Numbered from the stretch's first letter, positions 50,896-62,089 are shown. The stretch: DNA of 64,000 nucleotides from Bacteroidota bacterium (GCA_040264895.1 JBDQHL010000002.1:12342-76341), one strand, 5' to 3'. Made by a program: numbers and translations. Notes: generated by a model from the sequence alone, not told the origin.

Positions 50896-51627
50896 ATGAA
50901 TAAACTATACTACTTAGGACTTGCATTTCTTGCAACAATATTACTATTATCATGCTCTGATGATGATAATGGAGCCAGCCCAGATGACAATGACACAGAG
51001 ACTTTTAGTTTTCCTTTGGAAAGGGGAAACGAGTGGGTTTACGAAGAAGTTTTCTATGATAATGAAGGGAATGAGGGAGATAAATCCGGGAATCAAAGGA
51101 TTGTTTCCGTGGGAGAAACTCTTACACTTTTTGGAAAGGGTTGTTATATGATTACCACGAGTAATGTTCTTGCAGGAGCCGACGGTTCCACTTCAAAGAA
51201 ATATGCTTATTCAGATGAAGAGGGTTACTATGAATATGATCCTGCTTTTTTTGATATGTTAGAAGAAGCAGACCCCAATGTAGAGAGGGGATGGATAAAA
51301 CTATTTGGAATTGGTCAAGAAACCTAGACTGCTTATAGCTATCAGGGAACAGCAGGTTTATTAGACTCACACATAGTTGACGTAGCAGATGTGAGGGTTA
51401 AATACGAAAGAACTACAGAGCTAATTTCATCTGATAGTACCACTATTACTGTTAAGATATTTACTGTTACTACTTACTATGAACTAGAAACTGCTGAGAA
51501 TTATTACTAAAACTCTGAAACTAGAACTTACTATGTGCACGAAGAATATGGTGTTTTATCTGAAAGAGAAGTGCAAACTGGTGGCAATGGCGGCTGGGGT
51601 TGGAAATTAAAAAGTAAGAATTACTAA
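50896..51627 (+). pseudogene. lipoprotein (paralogue of 51687-52451) with two in-frame stops
   Basis: Lipobox LLSCSDDD. TAG at 51325-51327 and TAA at 51508-51510 interrupt a single frame that continues to TAA 51625-51627. The 244 codons compare with 254 aa in the neighbouring paralogue. Confidence 0.6.
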
Positions 51628-51686
51628 TAACAGAATTCAATAAAAATATTATCTTACTTTTTTAAGAATTCAATTATAACAAAAGA

Positions 51687-52451
51687 ATGAAGAACTCGAT
51701 TTCTAAAGTATTATTAATAGTCACAATCTTTGCTTTTTTCTCCTGTAGTGATGACGATGGACCTCAATTAATAGAGAATAGTAATAATGAAAGGCATGTC
51801 TTTGTTTTAGAACAAGGTCAATCTTTCGATTATGATCTTGCTAAGACTGACTTTGAGACATCTAGTGACACTATAAATAAAGATGTAAAAGTTTTTCGTT
51901 TAACAAGTACTTCTGTTGGTTCTTCTGTCAATATTGATGGTAAACAAGCATTTGTAATTAATGATAGTGAATTTCTAGAGTATTCTATATTCTCGAATGC
52001 TAAATATTTCTATAGCGATGACAACAGTTTAGAGATTTATACTGAATCGATTTTGGACCTTGCTAACTTGAATTCAAATGACGACGCTTATTATCCTCTA
52101 AGGGGAAAGTGGCTGAAAATTATTGATTTCAAAGAAAAGGAATGGACATCTGTAGATACTAAAGATACTATAAATTTGAATCTTAGAACATATGAACGAA
52201 AGTATGAAGTTACGGGTAAAAGGATAAATGTAACAGAAGTTACCTATGATGGGAAAGTCTTTGATGCATTAAATATAGATATAGTATATAAACATGAATT
52301 AAAATTGATAAATAGTTCTGAACGACCTATTGTAAGACAAGTTCAGACTAATATACTCTCGATTGGAGAACTTGGTATTTATCAATTGAAGACTTCTTCA
52401 GGCATAATAGCGAATGAATTTTATTATTCCATTCTATCAGACAATGATTAA
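51687..52451 (+). CDS. hypothetical lipoprotein
   Basis: Lipobox FFSCSDDDG; same N-terminal architecture as the upstream broken gene. Confidence 0.5.
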   Translation: MKNSISKVLLIVTIFAFFSCSDDDGPQLIENSNNERHVFVLEQGQSFDYDLAKTDFETSSDTINKDVKVFRLTSTSVGSSVNIDGKQAFVINDSEFLEYSIFSNAKYFYSDDNSLEIYTESILDLANLNSNDDAYYPLRGKWLKIIDFKEKEWTSVDTKDTINLNLRTYERKYEVTGKRINVTEVTYDGKVFDALNIDIVYKHELKLINSSERPIVRQVQTNILSIGELGIYQLKTSSGIIANEFYYSILSDND

Positions 52452-52468
52452 TAGAACTGTATAATTAT

Positions 52469-52507
52469 AAAAAAAGGCATTAGATTAAAACCTAATGCCT
52501 TTTTTTA
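52469..52507. terminator. bidirectional rho-independent terminator
   Basis: AAGGCATTAG (52474-52483) / CTAATGCCTT (52492-52501), flanked by an A-run and a T-run. Confidence 0.75.
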
Positions 52508-52523
52508 TACCATCTCTAGAATT

Positions 52524-54068
52524 TTACTTTTTGGCATTGACACTATCTATAACAACTTTGTAAGTTGGATCTTCCAATACGTTTACATCAATAATTGCCT
52601 CAGCATCCTTAAGTAGTTTACGGCAATCTTTACTTAGGTGCCTAAGGTGAATTTTCTTACCTACCTTGTGGTAACGCTCTGTTATCTTATTTAAGGCCTC
52701 AATAGCTGACATATCAACTACTCTGCTCTCTTCAAAATCAATGATTATTTCGTCAGGGTCACCAAGTACATCAAACTTATCGTTGAATACTGTAACTGAA
52801 CCAAAGAATAATGGTCCATATATTTCATAGTGTTTTATACCGTGATCATCAACATATTTTCTAGCTCTAATTCTCTTTGCATTGTCCCATGCAAAAACTA
52901 AAGCAGCAATGATAACACCAACTACCACCGCAATTGCCAAGTTGTGCAAGATAGCAGTTACTAGAGTAACCAATACCATAACAAATATATCTGTTTTAGG
53001 CATTCTACGGAGTGTACGCAAACTAGCCCACTCAAAAGTACCAATAGATACCATTATCATTAGTCCAGTTAGTGCAGCCATCGGTAGTTTTTCTATCAGC
53101 CCAGCACCGAACATAATGAAAACCAAAAGCATAACTGCAGCAACTATACCTGACAATCTTGCTCTAGCTCCCGACGACACGTTGATAAGTGACTGGCCAA
53201 TCATAGCACATCCACCCATACCAGAGAAGAAACCAGAAATTACATTTGCTGCACCTTGAGCTACAGCTTCTTTGTTGCCTCGTCCACGAGTTTCAGTTAT
53301 CTCATCAATAATATTTAACGTAAGCAAGCTTTCAATCAATCCCACACCAGCCATTACAGCAGAGTATGGTAATATTGTCATAAACATATCCCAGTTTAGA
53401 GGAACAGAAGGAATATGGAAAGGTGGAAAGCCACCTGAGATAGAGGCTATATCGCCTACTGTTCGCGTTTCGATACCAAATGCAACCACAATGCCAAATA
53501 TTGATAAAATAGCCACTAACGAAGCAGGAATAGCTTTACTGATTTTAGGTAAACCCCAAATAATAAGCATTGATAAAAGTACGAGTCCTAAGAACATATA
53601 CATTTCAGGACCAGTAAGCCAGTTGCCAGCATCGTCTTTAAACTGTGCTAATTGGGATGAGAATATAATTATTGCCAACCCATTGACAAAGCCAAAGATG
53701 ACGGGGTGAGGCACCAGCCGCATCAGCTTACCGAGCTTTAGCACTCCAGTTAGAATCTGGAAAATCCCTGCCAGTATTACTGCTGCGAATATATACTCAA
53801 CTCCGTGGCTAATAACTAAGGCAACTAACACAACAGCCACTGCACCAGTAGCGCCAGAAATCATACCTGGGCGACCTCCGAATATGGAAGTGATTAGCCC
53901 CATAACGAATGCTGCGTATAGTCCAGTTAATGGTGATAGCCCAGCAATAAGCGCAAAGGCAACTGCCTCCGGCACTAATGCCAGTGCTACAGTTAGCCCT
54001 GAGAGTATCTCGGTTTTGTAATCTACTTTTTCAGATGAAAAATCGAAGAAGTTTATAATCTTTTGCAT
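52524..54068 (-). CDS. SulP family inorganic anion transporter with a C-terminal STAS domain
   Basis: 514 aa with a polytopic membrane core and a STAS tail (HYEIYGPLFFGSV...VVDMSAIEAL). Confidence 0.9.
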   Translation of the reverse strand: MQKIINFFDFSSEKVDYKTEILSGLTVALALVPEAVAFALIAGLSPLTGLYAAFVMGLITSIFGGRPGMISGATGAVAVVLVALVISHGVEYIFAAVILAGIFQILTGVLKLGKLMRLVPHPVIFGFVNGLAIIIFSSQLAQFKDDAGNWLTGPEMYMFLGLVLLSMLIIWGLPKISKAIPASLVAILSIFGIVVAFGIETRTVGDIASISGGFPPFHIPSVPLNWDMFMTILPYSAVMAGVGLIESLLTLNIIDEITETRGRGNKEAVAQGAANVISGFFSGMGGCAMIGQSLINVSSGARARLSGIVAAVMLLVFIMFGAGLIEKLPMAALTGLMIMVSIGTFEWASLRTLRRMPKTDIFVMVLVTLVTAILHNLAIAVVVGVIIAALVFAWDNAKRIRARKYVDDHGIKHYEIYGPLFFGSVTVFNDKFDVLGDPDEIIIDFEESRVVDMSAIEALNKITERYHKVGKKIHLRHLSKDCRKLLKDAEAIIDVNVLEDPTYKVVIDSVNAKK

Positions 54069-54172
54069 TTCTAAGTATCTTTATTTCAATTAATGACAAA
54101 TAAAAGACGGCAATTTCTTAAAAATTAAGCTCATTACAATATTTTTAGGTAAATAAACTCCAATAGTAAACC

Positions 54173-55381
54173 TCACAATATCTCACTTGCTAAATAGAAC
54201 GATCCAACTATAAGAATGGGATTACTAATTTGCTTTGCCTCACTTAGTGCAGCCTTTGGATTGTCGATAGTGCTATATTCCACTTCTGAATTTATAACAG
54301 CAGATGCCAATTCGCTTGCTTTAGCTGACCTATCTCCTGTGACCTGAGTGAATATAAACCGCTCTGCAATCTGTTCTAATTGATTAACTATATCTCTAAA
54401 ATTCTTGTCTTTCATCATAGCAATAACTATTGTCCATTTCTGATTTGGATAGTAAGCGAAGAGTGATTCTATTAGATTCTTAGCTGCAGCAGGTGAGTGC
54501 GCAATGTCGATTATAGTCAAAGGGTTTTCATCTATCACTTCCATTCTACCGAAATAGCCAGAGTTCTCTCTTAGGCTTTTGATTGCGTTTAATTGAATTT
54601 CTTTATCTACTGGGTTGCCCAGATATATTTCGGTTACTGTTAGTGCAGCTTTATAGTTTTTCTGAAATGATTTGCTGACATAAGATTTAGTGATTTCGGT
54701 TAACACATTTTGCTCAATTTCTGATGTGGGTGTAATAATCTCAGCTGACATTTTGCTGGCTTTGTCTGTAATTACATCGAGAATAGCTTTATCAGTATTA
54801 GTGTTAATGACAGGAGTATTTAGTTTTATTATACCTGCTTTTTCGAATGCGATTTGCTCTATTGTATCGCCAAGAAATTCCTGATGATCCAAATCAATAT
54901 CCGTGATACATGTAACCTTCGGCTTGAGTATATTTGTGCTATCAAATCTGCCGCCCATGCCTGTTTCTATTACTGCAACATCCACATGATGATTCTGGAA
55001 GTGCATAAAGGCCATTATGGTAGTAATCTCGAAGAATGTGGCATCTAAGTCTTCTGCTATTGGGAGTAAGGTTTCAGAAAAGTCAATAAGCTCATCATCG
55101 GTGATTGGAGTTCCATTGACTCTTATTCGCTCGTTGAAATCCTTGATGTGTGGCGATGTGTAAAGTCCAACCGTCAGCCCCATTTCTGTGAGTAAAGAAG
55201 CCACAACAGAGCAAGTTGTACCCTTGCCATTTGTACCAGCTATATGGATTGTTGGATAGCTATCTTGCGGATTGCTCATTGCATTTGCGAGTGCTATAGT
55301 GCGTTCGAGTCCTGGCTTTATTCCAGCTCTCAGCTTAGCGTATAGGTCACTTAGTAGTTTTTCTTTTTTGGTGTTGTTCAT
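54173..55381 (-). CDS. folC: bifunctional folylpolyglutamate synthase / dihydrofolate synthase
   Basis: P-loop HIAGTNGKGTT and the Mur-ligase fold. The start is taken at ATG 55381. Confidence 0.88.
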   Translation of the reverse strand: MNNTKKEKLLSDLYAKLRAGIKPGLERTIALANAMSNPQDSYPTIHIAGTNGKGTTCSVVASLLTEMGLTVGLYTSPHIKDFNERIRVNGTPITDDELIDFSETLLPIAEDLDATFFEITTIMAFMHFQNHHVDVAVIETGMGGRFDSTNILKPKVTCITDIDLDHQEFLGDTIEQIAFEKAGIIKLNTPVINTNTDKAILDVITDKASKMSAEIITPTSEIEQNVLTEITKSYVSKSFQKNYKAALTVTEIYLGNPVDKEIQLNAIKSLRENSGYFGRMEVIDENPLTIIDIAHSPAAAKNLIESLFAYYPNQKWTIVIAMMKDKNFRDIVNQLEQIAERFIFTQVTGDRSAKASELASAVINSEVEYSTIDNPKAALSEAKQISNPILIVGSFYLASEIL

Positions 55382-55397
55382 AGGTGGGTAAATTAAC

Positions 55398-55433
55398 AAA
55401 AAAACCCCTCACCAAATAGATTGATGAGGGGTT
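55398..55433 (-). terminator. rho-independent terminator of icd
   Basis: CCCCTCA (55405-55411) / TGAGGGG (55425-55431), with a T7 run on the minus strand. Confidence 0.7.
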
Positions 55434-55456
55434 CTATAGGTCCAAAGTTTTTTTAT

Positions 55457-56920
55457 CTAGCTTACTTCACCTTGTGCCAGAGAGTAAGCTCTTGCACCAC
55501 TGAAATTATAAATATTTTCAGTTTTGATAAAGTCTAATCCAGCATTATTAATATTCTTAAGTAGTTCGATAATTAAATTCTTCTCTATGTTAGCACTACC
55601 TTCTGAAGTGGCGTAGTCAGGACTTACAAATCTGCATGACCAATGGTCAGAGCAGAATATATCTCTATCAACTCCAGGATAAACAGCAATTCCTCTGTTT
55701 GAAATTGTCTTCAATTTCAAGCCATCTGGTGTTAACTCTTCTAGTCTTCTTCCTAACTCATTTGGTTGTCGGTTATTTTCATTCCAATCCAAGTAAATAT
55801 CGACACCTACTAATGTCTTAGGAGCACGAGGAGTGTTGTATTGTGGTAAAGCGATTTGGTGGTTAGATGGCTTTGCAATAGTAAAGTTCTGTGGCTTTTG
55901 CCCAAGTCTTTCTATTACTGCCTGAGCAAATTCCTTTGTACCGACTAATTGCTTTGTCAATTCGCTTTTTAGGTCACCAGTGTGAATACCGTCTTCTATA
56001 GTCTTTAGCAATGCATTTTGTATTTTGAATGCATAGTCACCTAAGTTAAGATGTACTAACATCATACAAGCACCATTTAGCAAACCACTTGGGTTGGCTA
56101 TGTTTTTGCCAGCTATATCTGGTGCCGAGCCATGAATTGCCTCGAACATTGCTACCTTTTCTCCTACGTTCGACGAGCCACCCATTCCTACTGAGCCAGC
56201 TATTTCGGCTGTTACATCGGAGATAATATCGCCATATAGATTTAGAGTAACAATAACGTCAAATCTTTCAGGGTCGTTTGCAATTCTTGCGGTCCCAATG
56301 TCAATAATATAGTGCTCTGCTTCTATTTCTGGGTATTCTTCTTTTATTTCATCAAATACTTGGTGGAATAGACCATCAGCGTGTTTCATGATATTGTCTT
56401 TCGACATACAAGTAACTTTCTTTCTGCCGTGTGCCTTTGCATATTCGAAGGCATAGCGAATGATTTTTTCACTTCCTGGACGAGATATTAATTTCAGTAC
56501 TTGTACTACTTCGGGAGTTTGTTGGTGCTCTATTCCAGCATACAAATCTTCTTCGTTTTCACGAACAACAACCACATCCATTTCTGGGAAGTGAGACTGT
56601 ATGTATGGGCTGTATGCTTTTACAGGGCGTACATTTGCAAATAATCCCAAAGTCTTACGGATAGTCACGTTCAAGCTTTTGTAACCGCCACCTTGAGGGG
56701 TAGTGATTGGGCCTTTTAAGAATGCACCGTTGCGAGTGATTATGTCCCAGGCATCGTCAGGAATACCTGTTTTTATCCCTTTCAGATATACTTGCTCACC
56801 TACGTTGATTTCCTCATATTCCAGAGGAGCGCCAGCAGCTTCTAATATATCTATTACTGCATCTGTTATTTCTAAACCAATTCCATCGCCCTTGGCTAAT
56901 GTTACTTTTATCTTATTCAT
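55457..56920 (-). CDS. icd: isocitrate dehydrogenase (isocitrate/isopropylmalate dehydrogenase family, long form)
   Basis: GDGIGLEI, SLNVTIRKTLGLFANVRP, NLYGDIISD and GSAPDIAGKNIANP. Confidence 0.88.
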   Translation of the reverse strand: MNKIKVTLAKGDGIGLEITDAVIDILEAAGAPLEYEEINVGEQVYLKGIKTGIPDDAWDIITRNGAFLKGPITTPQGGGYKSLNVTIRKTLGLFANVRPVKAYSPYIQSHFPEMDVVVVRENEEDLYAGIEHQQTPEVVQVLKLISRPGSEKIIRYAFEYAKAHGRKKVTCMSKDNIMKHADGLFHQVFDEIKEEYPEIEAEHYIIDIGTARIANDPERFDVIVTLNLYGDIISDVTAEIAGSVGMGGSSNVGEKVAMFEAIHGSAPDIAGKNIANPSGLLNGACMMLVHLNLGDYAFKIQNALLKTIEDGIHTGDLKSELTKQLVGTKEFAQAVIERLGQKPQNFTIAKPSNHQIALPQYNTPRAPKTLVGVDIYLDWNENNRQPNELGRRLEELTPDGLKLKTISNRGIAVYPGVDRDIFCSDHWSCRFVSPDYATSEGSANIEKNLIIELLKNINNAGLDFIKTENIYNFSGARAYSLAQGEVS

Positions 56921-57201
56921 TTACTAATTAATATTTTTGATTTATGTTATTAAGAAGTTGCAATATAAGAATTAGAACAGTTTTGATAAATTTAATATTT
57001 GAAATAGGAGGAAAAAAGTTAGTTTAAATTACGGAGATGAGTTTGTCTCGTCTTTAACAGAAACTGTCTTAACTAGGAAAGCCACTCTTCGTTACAGTGA
57101 TGCTTCATGTTCACAATCAATATCAATTACTAATTTCAAAGAATTGAAAATAAAAGATTATTATCTTATATTTGATAAAAGCATAAAAGAGGAAATTCAA
57201 A

Positions 57202-58464
57202 TTGGATAAATTAGTTTTAGAAGGTGGCAACCGCCTACGTGGCTCCGTTAAGGTATCGGGTGCTAAAAATGGTTGCTTAGCTATTATGCCGGCTTGCTTG
57301 CTAGCTCCAGGAGTTTATAACCTAACCAACACACCAAACCTAACAGATGTATGGAGTATGTCTCGTCTGCTCAATGCTATGGGAGCTCACTCAGAGCTGA
57401 ATGGCGATACTCTATTCCTAGACACACGCGATGTCAATTCTTATGAAGCTCCTTACGAATTTGTAAAAAAGATGCGTGCCTCGTTCTATGTACTAGGGCC
57501 ATTGCTCGCACGATTTGGCAAGGCGAAGGTATCGTTACCAGGTGGTTGCGCATGGGGTCCAAGACCTGTTGACTTGCACTTGAAAGGTATGGAAAAACTG
57601 GGTGCTAAGATTGAAATAGAAAATGGATATATAGTAGCTGACGCTACGAACCTGACTGGTGGCAGATTCAACTTCGATATTTCGAGCGTTGGTGCTACGG
57701 GTAATGTGCTTATGGCTGCCGTGAAAGCCAAGGGCTCAACGATATTAACTAATGCTGCAATAGAGCCAGAGATTACTGCTCTTGCACGTTTCTTGGTTAA
57801 GATGGGTGCAAAAATCGACGGAATAGGCACTACCCAACTAGAGATAGAGGGAGTAGATGAGCTGAAAGCAGTAGACGAAGAAATAGTTCCAGACAGAATA
57901 GAAGCAGCTACGTTTATGATTGCTGCTGCTATGACCAAAGGTGATGTAGAGCTGACAAACGTAAACCCATACCACATAGCTGCCGTGATCGGTAGAATGG
58001 AAGAAACTGGCGCAGAGATAGACGTAAACGGCAATAGCATTAGGGTGACTATGGACGGAGATATAACGCCAGTGGACATTACTACTTCAGTTTATCCAGG
58101 AATACCAACGGATGTACAAGCACAATGGACTGCCTATATGATGGCTGCAAACGGTACTTCGAAGATAGTTGATAATATATACGCAGATAGATTCAAGCAT
58201 GTACCAGAGTTGCAACGACTTGGTGCAGACATATCGGTAACGGACAATATGGCTATAGTGCGTGGTGGCAAAAAGCTAACAGGTGCACAAGTCATGTCAT
58301 CTGACTTGCGTGCAAGTGCTTCTCTGATACTAGGTGGCTTGGTTGCTGAAGGCAGAACGGAGGTTCTTCGTGTCTATCACTTAGATCGTGGATATGAGAA
58401 TATAGAGCAGAAGCTAACGAGCTTAGGTGCTAACATAAAGCGCGAGAAAGCTGAGTTGGTGTAG
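57202..58464 (+). CDS. murA: UDP-N-acetylglucosamine 1-carboxyvinyltransferase
   Basis: 420 aa with VSGAKNG and the active-site loop LPGGCAWGPRPVDLH. TTG start with an AGAGGA SD. Confidence 0.93.
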   Translation: MDKLVLEGGNRLRGSVKVSGAKNGCLAIMPACLLAPGVYNLTNTPNLTDVWSMSRLLNAMGAHSELNGDTLFLDTRDVNSYEAPYEFVKKMRASFYVLGPLLARFGKAKVSLPGGCAWGPRPVDLHLKGMEKLGAKIEIENGYIVADATNLTGGRFNFDISSVGATGNVLMAAVKAKGSTILTNAAIEPEITALARFLVKMGAKIDGIGTTQLEIEGVDELKAVDEEIVPDRIEAATFMIAAAMTKGDVELTNVNPYHIAAVIGRMEETGAEIDVNGNSIRVTMDGDITPVDITTSVYPGIPTDVQAQWTAYMMAANGTSKIVDNIYADRFKHVPELQRLGADISVTDNMAIVRGGKKLTGAQVMSSDLRASASLILGGLVAEGRTEVLRVYHLDRGYENIEQKLTSLGANIKREKAELV

Positions 58465-58654
58465 AATATCTAGCTCTTAGTTTTGATTACTTTTTAACTT
58501 AACAAAATTACACCCTTACATTTCTACAATAGAATTAAGGGTTTACCTTACTTTGCACTTCAAAGGGTATTTATAAATATCAATGCCAATTACATCAAAA
58601 CAGTAATTAGTTCGTAATGCACCTAAGTAAATTTAACAATTTGAAATAAACTAT

Positions 58655-61024
58655 ATGAAAATAATAACATTTCTTTTACTATTCGCTACTGTGGCTACTA
58701 GCTATTCACAAGATGAATACACGCTAAGCGGATATGTAAAAGATACGGAAACAGGGGAAACGCTCATAGGAGCGACAGTGTCCGTAAAGGACACCAAAAA
58801 GGGTGCAGTCACCAATGCCTATGGATTCTACTCCATTACTTTACCGAAAGGAGATTATGCTTTAATTGCATCTTATATTGGCTATGACAAGAAGACTCCA
58901 GCAGTAAAGTTAGATAAGGATATTAAGCTAGACATAGAGTTGAGCAGTTCAAATATCCAAACAGAAGAGGTGGTGGTTTCCTCAAGGAAATCAAATGAGA
59001 ATGTCGTTTCGATTGAGATGAGTACATTGGAACTGAGCCAACAAATACTTACAAGAATGCCAGCACTATTGGGTGAAACTGATGTAGTAAGGTCAGTTCA
59101 ATTATTGCCAGGTGTTTCCACTGTAGGTGAGGGTGCCACTGGATTCAACGTGCGAGGTGGAGGTATTGATCAAAACTTAGTACTTCTAGATGAAGCTCCA
59201 GTATATAACTCTTCTCACCTATTCGGATTTTTCTCGGTTTTTAATCCAGACGCAGTAAAAGATGTTAAGTTAATTAAGGGTGGTATTCCAGCAAAGTATG
59301 GAGGACGTTTGTCATCTATTCTGGATGTAAGGTTGAAGGAAGGTAGTCCAAGAAAATTTAATGTAGATGGTGGTGTGGGAGCTATATTCAGCAGGTTGGC
59401 TGTAGAAGGGCCAATAATAGATGATAAGCTTTCATTCTTGGTTGCTGGTCGTAGATCATATATAGATGTATTAGCCAAGCCATTTTTAGAGGATGGTCTG
59501 AGTGATAGTCAATTCTATTTTTATGATTTGACAGCTAAGTTAAACTGGAAAATAGATGAAAATAATACTGTATTTACCTCTGGTTATTTTGGTAGAGATG
59601 TTTTTGGAGCAGGATTTGGTTTTGACTGGGGTAGTCAAACTGCTACGGTCAGATGGAATCACTTGTTCTCAGATCAACTCTTCTCAAATTTGACCTACTA
59701 TTTTAGCAACTATGATTACCAATTACAATTTGGTGATGAGGCAGAAGGTGAATTTTTTAAATGGAAGTCGAATATTATAACTCAATCTCTAAAGTATGAT
59801 TTAGAGTATTTCCTCAATCCAGAAAATAGTATTGATTTTGGTCTTGAAGCAATTTATTATGATTTTGTACCTGGTGATGCAATCGGTGGAAGTGATGGTT
59901 TTGAAGTTCCAATTAAATTAGATGATCAGTTTGCAGCACAGCTGGCTGCATATGTAAGCCAAGAAATTGATTTCACACCTGAATTTGCAATGAGCTATGG
60001 ACTTAGGGCTTCCTACTATAATTATATAGGACCTGGTACTGAATATATATACGGAGATACAACTTCGAATTATGCAAAACCAATTATTGACACTAAAGAG
60101 TATGACGATTTTGAAAGTATAGCGGACTATTTCAATTTAGAACCACGCGCTTCACTTAAGTATCAACTTGATGAAGAGAGCTCAATCAAAGCAAGCTATA
60201 ACAGGATGGTGCAATATGTCCACTTGCTTTCTAATACTGCAGCAGCATCGCCTTTAGATGTATGGAGACCAACAACAAATAACGTAAAGCCAGAGCTTTC
60301 TGATCAATATGCATTAGGCTATTTCAAAAACTTTGACGACAATGCATGGGAGACTTCTGTAGAAGTTTACTACAAGGATTTCCAAAATCAGATTGATTAC
60401 AGAAATGGTGCAGACTTGAATTTGAATGTTGAGTATGAGGCAGATTTACTTTATGGTGATGGACGTGCTTATGGTGCAGAATTTTACGTGAAGAAAAACA
60501 GCGGTGATTTTACAGGTTGGATAAGTTATACCTTAGCAAGAACTGAGAGAAACATAGCTGGAATAAATAATGGCGATTGGTACCCAACTAGGTTTGACAG
60601 AACACATAACTTGAACATAGTTGGTTTCTATGACTTATCAAAAACTTGGAGTCTATCAGCTAACTTTATATTAGCCTCTGGTACTCCTGCAACATTCCCT
60701 ACAAATAGACTGGAATGGCAAGGGTATGTGGCGCCACATAACTCAGAGAATACGAGAGGTAATTTCAGAATACCAATGTCACATAGACTTGATATCTCTG
60801 CTACTTACGACCCAGAAGATGATCCGGATGATTGGTGGTCAGGTAAGTGGGTTTTCTCTATTTATAATGTTTATAATAGAAGAAATCCATACTCAGTATT
60901 CTTCAGGAATAATGCGGATAATTTTGCTCAAACCGAAGCAGTAAGGTTTGCAGTGTTTGGCTCTATCGTTCCTGCAGTATCGTATAATTTTAATTTTGAT
61001 GTAAATAAATTAGTGAATGAGTAA
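58655..61024 (+). CDS. TonB-dependent receptor with a CarboxypepD_reg N-terminal domain
   Basis: YTLSGYVKDTETGETLIGATVSV, plug (DVVRSVQLLPGV), and a beta-barrel. Confidence 0.88.
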   Translation: MKIITFLLLFATVATSYSQDEYTLSGYVKDTETGETLIGATVSVKDTKKGAVTNAYGFYSITLPKGDYALIASYIGYDKKTPAVKLDKDIKLDIELSSSNIQTEEVVVSSRKSNENVVSIEMSTLELSQQILTRMPALLGETDVVRSVQLLPGVSTVGEGATGFNVRGGGIDQNLVLLDEAPVYNSSHLFGFFSVFNPDAVKDVKLIKGGIPAKYGGRLSSILDVRLKEGSPRKFNVDGGVGAIFSRLAVEGPIIDDKLSFLVAGRRSYIDVLAKPFLEDGLSDSQFYFYDLTAKLNWKIDENNTVFTSGYFGRDVFGAGFGFDWGSQTATVRWNHLFSDQLFSNLTYYFSNYDYQLQFGDEAEGEFFKWKSNIITQSLKYDLEYFLNPENSIDFGLEAIYYDFVPGDAIGGSDGFEVPIKLDDQFAAQLAAYVSQEIDFTPEFAMSYGLRASYYNYIGPGTEYIYGDTTSNYAKPIIDTKEYDDFESIADYFNLEPRASLKYQLDEESSIKASYNRMVQYVHLLSNTAAASPLDVWRPTTNNVKPELSDQYALGYFKNFDDNAWETSVEVYYKDFQNQIDYRNGADLNLNVEYEADLLYGDGRAYGAEFYVKKNSGDFTGWISYTLARTERNIAGINNGDWYPTRFDRTHNLNIVGFYDLSKTWSLSANFILASGTPATFPTNRLEWQGYVAPHNSENTRGNFRIPMSHRLDISATYDPEDDPDDWWSGKWVFSIYNVYNRRNPYSVFFRNNADNFAQTEAVRFAVFGSIVPAVSYNFNFDVNKLVNE

Positions 61025-61937
61025 GAAGATGAAAAAATTAATTTTAATTATAGTACTCGGTTTGGGATTTGCATCTTGTGAAGACGTAATAGATGTTGAT
61101 TTGAATGAAGGAACACCTCAACTTACAGTCGATGCAGTGATGTCCAATTCAGATGAGAACCCACATGTTAAACTAAGTATATCTGGTGAGTACTTTGATG
61201 CTTCATCAGTTAGCCCTGTTACAGATGCTGAGTTGAGCTTGACTGATAGCGATGGAAATTCATATGCATTTGATTCTCCAGATCAAGAAGGAAGATATTT
61301 TCTATCCGACGAGCTTAATAATATTGTACCTGGTGTTACATTCAAGCTAACTATAGATTATAACAACAGCCAATATACAGCAGAGTCAACAGTAAGGGAA
61401 ACCCCAGAGATTGATTCAATAAGTTGGTCTCGTGAAGATGTACCCTTTGGCGATATTGATTCAATTTGGGCTGTCCAATTCTGGGCAAGAGATTTGGATG
61501 GGTTGGGTGATGCTTATTGGGTAAGAGCGACTAGAGAAGGTATGGTAAATACTGATCCTGGTAAAATTGTAGTTGCCTATGATGGTTCTACAGGAAGAGG
61601 CTCACAAACAGATGGGATACCTTTTATATTGCCTATCCGTGCATCCATTACGCCTGGTGGTTTTGCTGGTCCCCCTAGCGATGAAGATCCAGCAGAAGTT
61701 GGAGATGAAATTGGTGTGCAGCTATATTCTATTAGTTTAGAATTTGCCGAGTATTTAGTAATATTGAGGGAGCAGCTTAATAATGGGGGATTGTTTGCAG
61801 AGACTCCTGCTAACTTACCGACTAATGTGTTTAATCAAGATGATAATGGAATACAAGCACTTGGTTGGTTTGCAGTCTGTAAAATGCACACAGAAAGTGG
61901 TATCATCAGCTGGGAAAAGAGTAATAATAGGCAATAA
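61017..61937 (+). CDS. DUF4249 lipoprotein (usual partner of this TonB-receptor class)
   Basis: Lipobox GFASCEDVIDVDL; overlaps the receptor gene by 8 nt. Confidence 0.75.
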   Translation: MSKKMKKLILIIVLGLGFASCEDVIDVDLNEGTPQLTVDAVMSNSDENPHVKLSISGEYFDASSVSPVTDAELSLTDSDGNSYAFDSPDQEGRYFLSDELNNIVPGVTFKLTIDYNNSQYTAESTVRETPEIDSISWSREDVPFGDIDSIWAVQFWARDLDGLGDAYWVRATREGMVNTDPGKIVVAYDGSTGRGSQTDGIPFILPIRASITPGGFAGPPSDEDPAEVGDEIGVQLYSISLEFAEYLVILREQLNNGGLFAETPANLPTNVFNQDDNGIQALGWFAVCKMHTESGIISWEKSNNRQ

Positions 61938-61971
61938 GAACTTTAGATTTAGTTCTAAAATATTTTACAGA

Positions 61972-62008
61972 AAAGGCAAATGGAGTTACATCATTTGCCT
62001 TTTCTTAT
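61972..62008 (+). terminator. rho-independent terminator
   Basis: AAGGCAAATG (61973-61982) / CATTTGCCTT (61992-62001), then a T-rich tail. Confidence 0.7.
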
Positions 62009-62021
62009 TTGACATAAAGTA

Positions 62022-62062
62022 AAAAAAAAGCAATCCGAGAATCATATCTCAAATTGCTTTTG
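62022..62062 (-). terminator. rho-independent terminator of gcvT
   Basis: AAAGCAAT / ATTGCTTT stem, followed by a T9 run on the minus strand. Confidence 0.6.
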
Positions 62063-62089
62063 TAAAAAATTAAACTTGAAGAAAACAGT

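Noticed and set aside
56921-57201. A 280-nt icd/murA divergent intergenic region with partial palindromes (around 57032-57070), considered as a riboswitch or sRNA.
   Set aside because: No recognisable riboswitch core (B12, TPP, SAM or glycine boxes) and no conserved repeat partner in the window. There is not enough evidence.
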